A DNA stretch of 46,247 bases from Gemmatimonadota bacterium. GTDB lineage: Bacteria > 4572-55 > J002. The notes beneath the pieces were generated by a model. That model had not been told where the DNA came from and searched no databases. It saw only the letters and a program-made list of their open reading frames with translations. The position numbers and the translations under genes are program-made. Below, in pieces: positions 44,744 to 46,247 of this stretch. The stretch spans positions 1 through 46,247 of the forward strand of contig RFFQ01000168.1 in assembly GCA_003697105.1 (NCBI GenBank). The letters are read 5' to 3'. Numbering within the stretch: the first letter of the stretch is position 1; each line of letters starts with the position of its first letter.

Positions 44744-44969
44744 AGTTCCTTCCACCTTAGCATTAAGGTTTTTGGGATAAGATATAGACATGATTTCCTC
44801 AAGTTCTGGTGCGGTGATAGAGCAAATCTTATACCCCCACCGGAGGGCTAGGCACTGCCTACGTTTACCACCGCAGATAAACATCCAGAGCACCGGATGA
44901 TAGGTCTCAAATCACCGATATTTTTTATAACTTCAAGAATCCAAATGATATAAATAGGGTAACTTAACA

Positions 44970-44986
44970 TTTTACTTGAAGTAAAA
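44970..44986. promoter_or_regulatory. Perfect 8-1-8 palindrome over the predicted transcription start (candidate operator)
   Basis: TTTTACTT-G-AAGTAAAA touches the last base of the -10 box and covers the predicted +1 (~44979). Confidence 0.5.
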
Positions 44987-45014
44987 CTTTATCATAGATT
45001 TGATCGGTTGTCAA
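44986..45014 (-). promoter_or_regulatory. sigma70-type promoter of the giant-protein operon
   Basis: Minus strand TTGACA(45014-45009), 17-bp spacer, TAAAGT(44991-44986), preceded by TGn (extended -10), in an AT-rich intergenic region. Confidence 0.7.
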
Positions 45015-45393
45015 GAGAATTTTTGAAGCAAATACGGTTAGAAATGGGGTGACTTCAGACCGGAAAAAACAGAGATATTACAAGAACAGAACATTATAAA
45101 AAGATATTTATTACCAACAAGTTACAATGAAAGTAATATTGGGGAAAGAACGACGGATTTTTAGCTCTTTCTCGGCAAAATTACCTCAGGAAACAAAGCG
45201 CGGACCACCCTCCATTTTCTCCACCGGGCGGTTGCCAAAGCCGGTTCAAAACGATGTGTCAAAAAAGCGAACATCCCCCCTCACCGGAACTTTTTCCTTG
45301 CCAAACCTACTAAATTTTACTACCTGTTACGAACGCAAATCAGCCAGAATCTCACATCACGTTTATCTTCCCCCAACATCAGGATAGCGGGCA

Positions 45394-45906
45394 GTGGCAG
45401 TTTTCACTTTCAAAGTCCAAAAACTCATCTGTTCCCATTGCGGACAACCGGTTGACCCCGCTCAAATAAAATTAGCGTATTTCGCCAAATCGCGCGGTCA
45501 ATTGGATAAATTTGATCGCTCAAAAATGGAGATCGCCGTGTTCAAACATGCCTTTCCCAATCTGGAATTGGCACAACCCCTGAATGCCCGTAAAAGCCTG
45601 ACAGAAGAGCCTACCATTGTTTACGGCATCGCCCTACTGCACCCCAATTGCGAATTGATCATGGAATCTTGGCTGGAATATTTGGTTGGATTCAGCGTGC
45701 GATTGCAAACTAAAACGGGTGAAGGTTTTGTGATGATGCCCAACCCCTTACCGGAATCCATCACCGGTACCATCTCCACCGAGTGCGTGATTTGCGCCAA
45801 ATCCATTTTTCATAATGGGAAGGAATTTTATGTAGCGTTATGGGATGAGGAAGAATTTGTGTTTTGCAGTTCTCAATGCCTCCAGCAAGGCATCCCCGAG
45901 GATTAA
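45394..45906 (+). CDS. Hypothetical protein with N-terminal CxxC and C-terminal TRASH/zf-FCS-like Cys motif
   Basis: 170-aa ORF with GTG start. It has CSHC near the N-terminus and CVIC-x19-FCSSQC near the C-terminus. Confidence 0.7.
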   Translation: MAVFTFKVQKLICSHCGQPVDPAQIKLAYFAKSRGQLDKFDRSKMEIAVFKHAFPNLELAQPLNARKSLTEEPTIVYGIALLHPNCELIMESWLEYLVGFSVRLQTKTGEGFVMMPNPLPESITGTISTECVICAKSIFHNGKEFYVALWDEEEFVFCSSQCLQQGIPED

Positions 45907-46014
45907 CTGCTCCCAGAGAAATTCCGCATTGCCCCCATCCGCCTAAATTCGTTAATTCTTATCGTGGAACACTTAATAGAAAAGTCCATTAGCTCCCCTA
46001 AATGGAAATTCGTC

Positions 46015-46173
46015 ATGAGAACACAATCACAACTCCGAGCCGCCAAAGTTGGACTGCCACCCGGCACACTCTTACACCCTGCTGAGAACAAAACCAGCAA
46101 AACGAACATCAAACAGATGCACTATAACGAAACCCAGATAGACGAAACTCAGCTAGGTTCTGTTGACATTTAG
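46015..46173 (+). pseudogene. corA: Magnesium/cobalt transporter CorA, N-terminal fragment interrupted by an IS
   Basis: MRTQSQLRAAKVGLPPGTLLH...NIKQMHYNETQIDE matches the KxGLPPGTL...I...Y(D/N)E N-terminus of Thermotoga-type CorA. The frame enters the IS end at 46156 and stops at TAG 46171-46173. Confidence 0.8.
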
Positions 46174-46247
46174 CGTAACCATATCAATGTGGCTACGAAC
46201 TGTAAAAATGCCATAAATGACGTATCGAATTTATCAAAACGGGAAAA
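46156..46247 (-). mobile_element. IS5-family (IS427-like) element: transposase C-terminus and right terminal repeat
   Basis: Minus strand 46247→46170 translates FSRFDKFDTSFMAFLQFVATLIWLR*, matching the R(Y/F)DK...F...LIWLR C-terminus of IS5/IS427-type transposases. The stop is followed by the terminus GGTTCTGTTGACATT (+ strand from 46156) next to CTA, consistent with TA/CTAG-type targets. Confidence 0.85.

Noticed and set aside
3326-44743. RTX/T1SS adhesin, LPXTG/SLH anchor, autotransporter, NRPS/PKS, intein or Rhs/toxin interpretation of the giant ORF
   Set aside because: I saw no GGxGxDxL nonapeptides, sortase or SLH motif, C-terminal barrel, catalytic modules, Hint motifs or YD repeats. 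A Sec signal plus CTD-like tail fits better.
3343-44851. Well over a hundred short ORFs (60-327 aa) overlapping the giant gene on both strands
   Set aside because: They are antisense or off-frame shadows of a codon-biased CDS, with I/H/R- or P/S/M-rich composition and no recognisable motifs.
44744-44893. Upstream extension of the giant ORF to 44893
   Set aside because: It adds 50 residues before a typical signal peptide. ATG 44743 (or 44791) has better SD context.
45127-45387. 86-aa ORF
   Set aside because: It is a K/R/S/P-rich sequence with no motif in a divergent promoter region, so probably spurious.
1-46247. CRISPR array, DGR template/variable repeats, tRNA or rRNA
   Set aside because: I saw no regularly spaced identical DNA repeats, no near-identical pair differing at adenines, no reverse transcriptase or cas gene, and no tRNA/rRNA signatures. 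This was by eye only.

Overview
About 90% of this window is one uninterrupted minus-strand gene (44743→3326, ~13,805 aa, roughly 1.5 MDa). It encodes a giant, acidic, all-beta surface protein: a Sec signal peptide, about 100 Ig-like domains (manual count) and a C-terminal FlgD-Ig/T9SS-CTD-like sorting domain. A PorV/FadL-like outer-membrane barrel gene follows 75 bp downstream, suggesting a two-gene 'giant cargo + dedicated shuttle' module. The N-terminal ~60% is ~30 two-domain units, each a CTD/FlgD-like domain plus a Big-like domain. The C-terminal ~40% holds a six-domain super-repeat (x4), and 15 small beta-domains are inserted into loops. The left flank has a 5'-truncated ISL3 transposase, a structured intergenic region with a near-consensus sigma70 promoter, a 4-TM membrane protein and sfsA. 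The right flank has the giant gene's promoter with an operator-like palindrome, a Cys-rich hypothetical protein, and corA interrupted by an IS5-family element. All domain names and counts come from reading motifs by eye; no searches were run.
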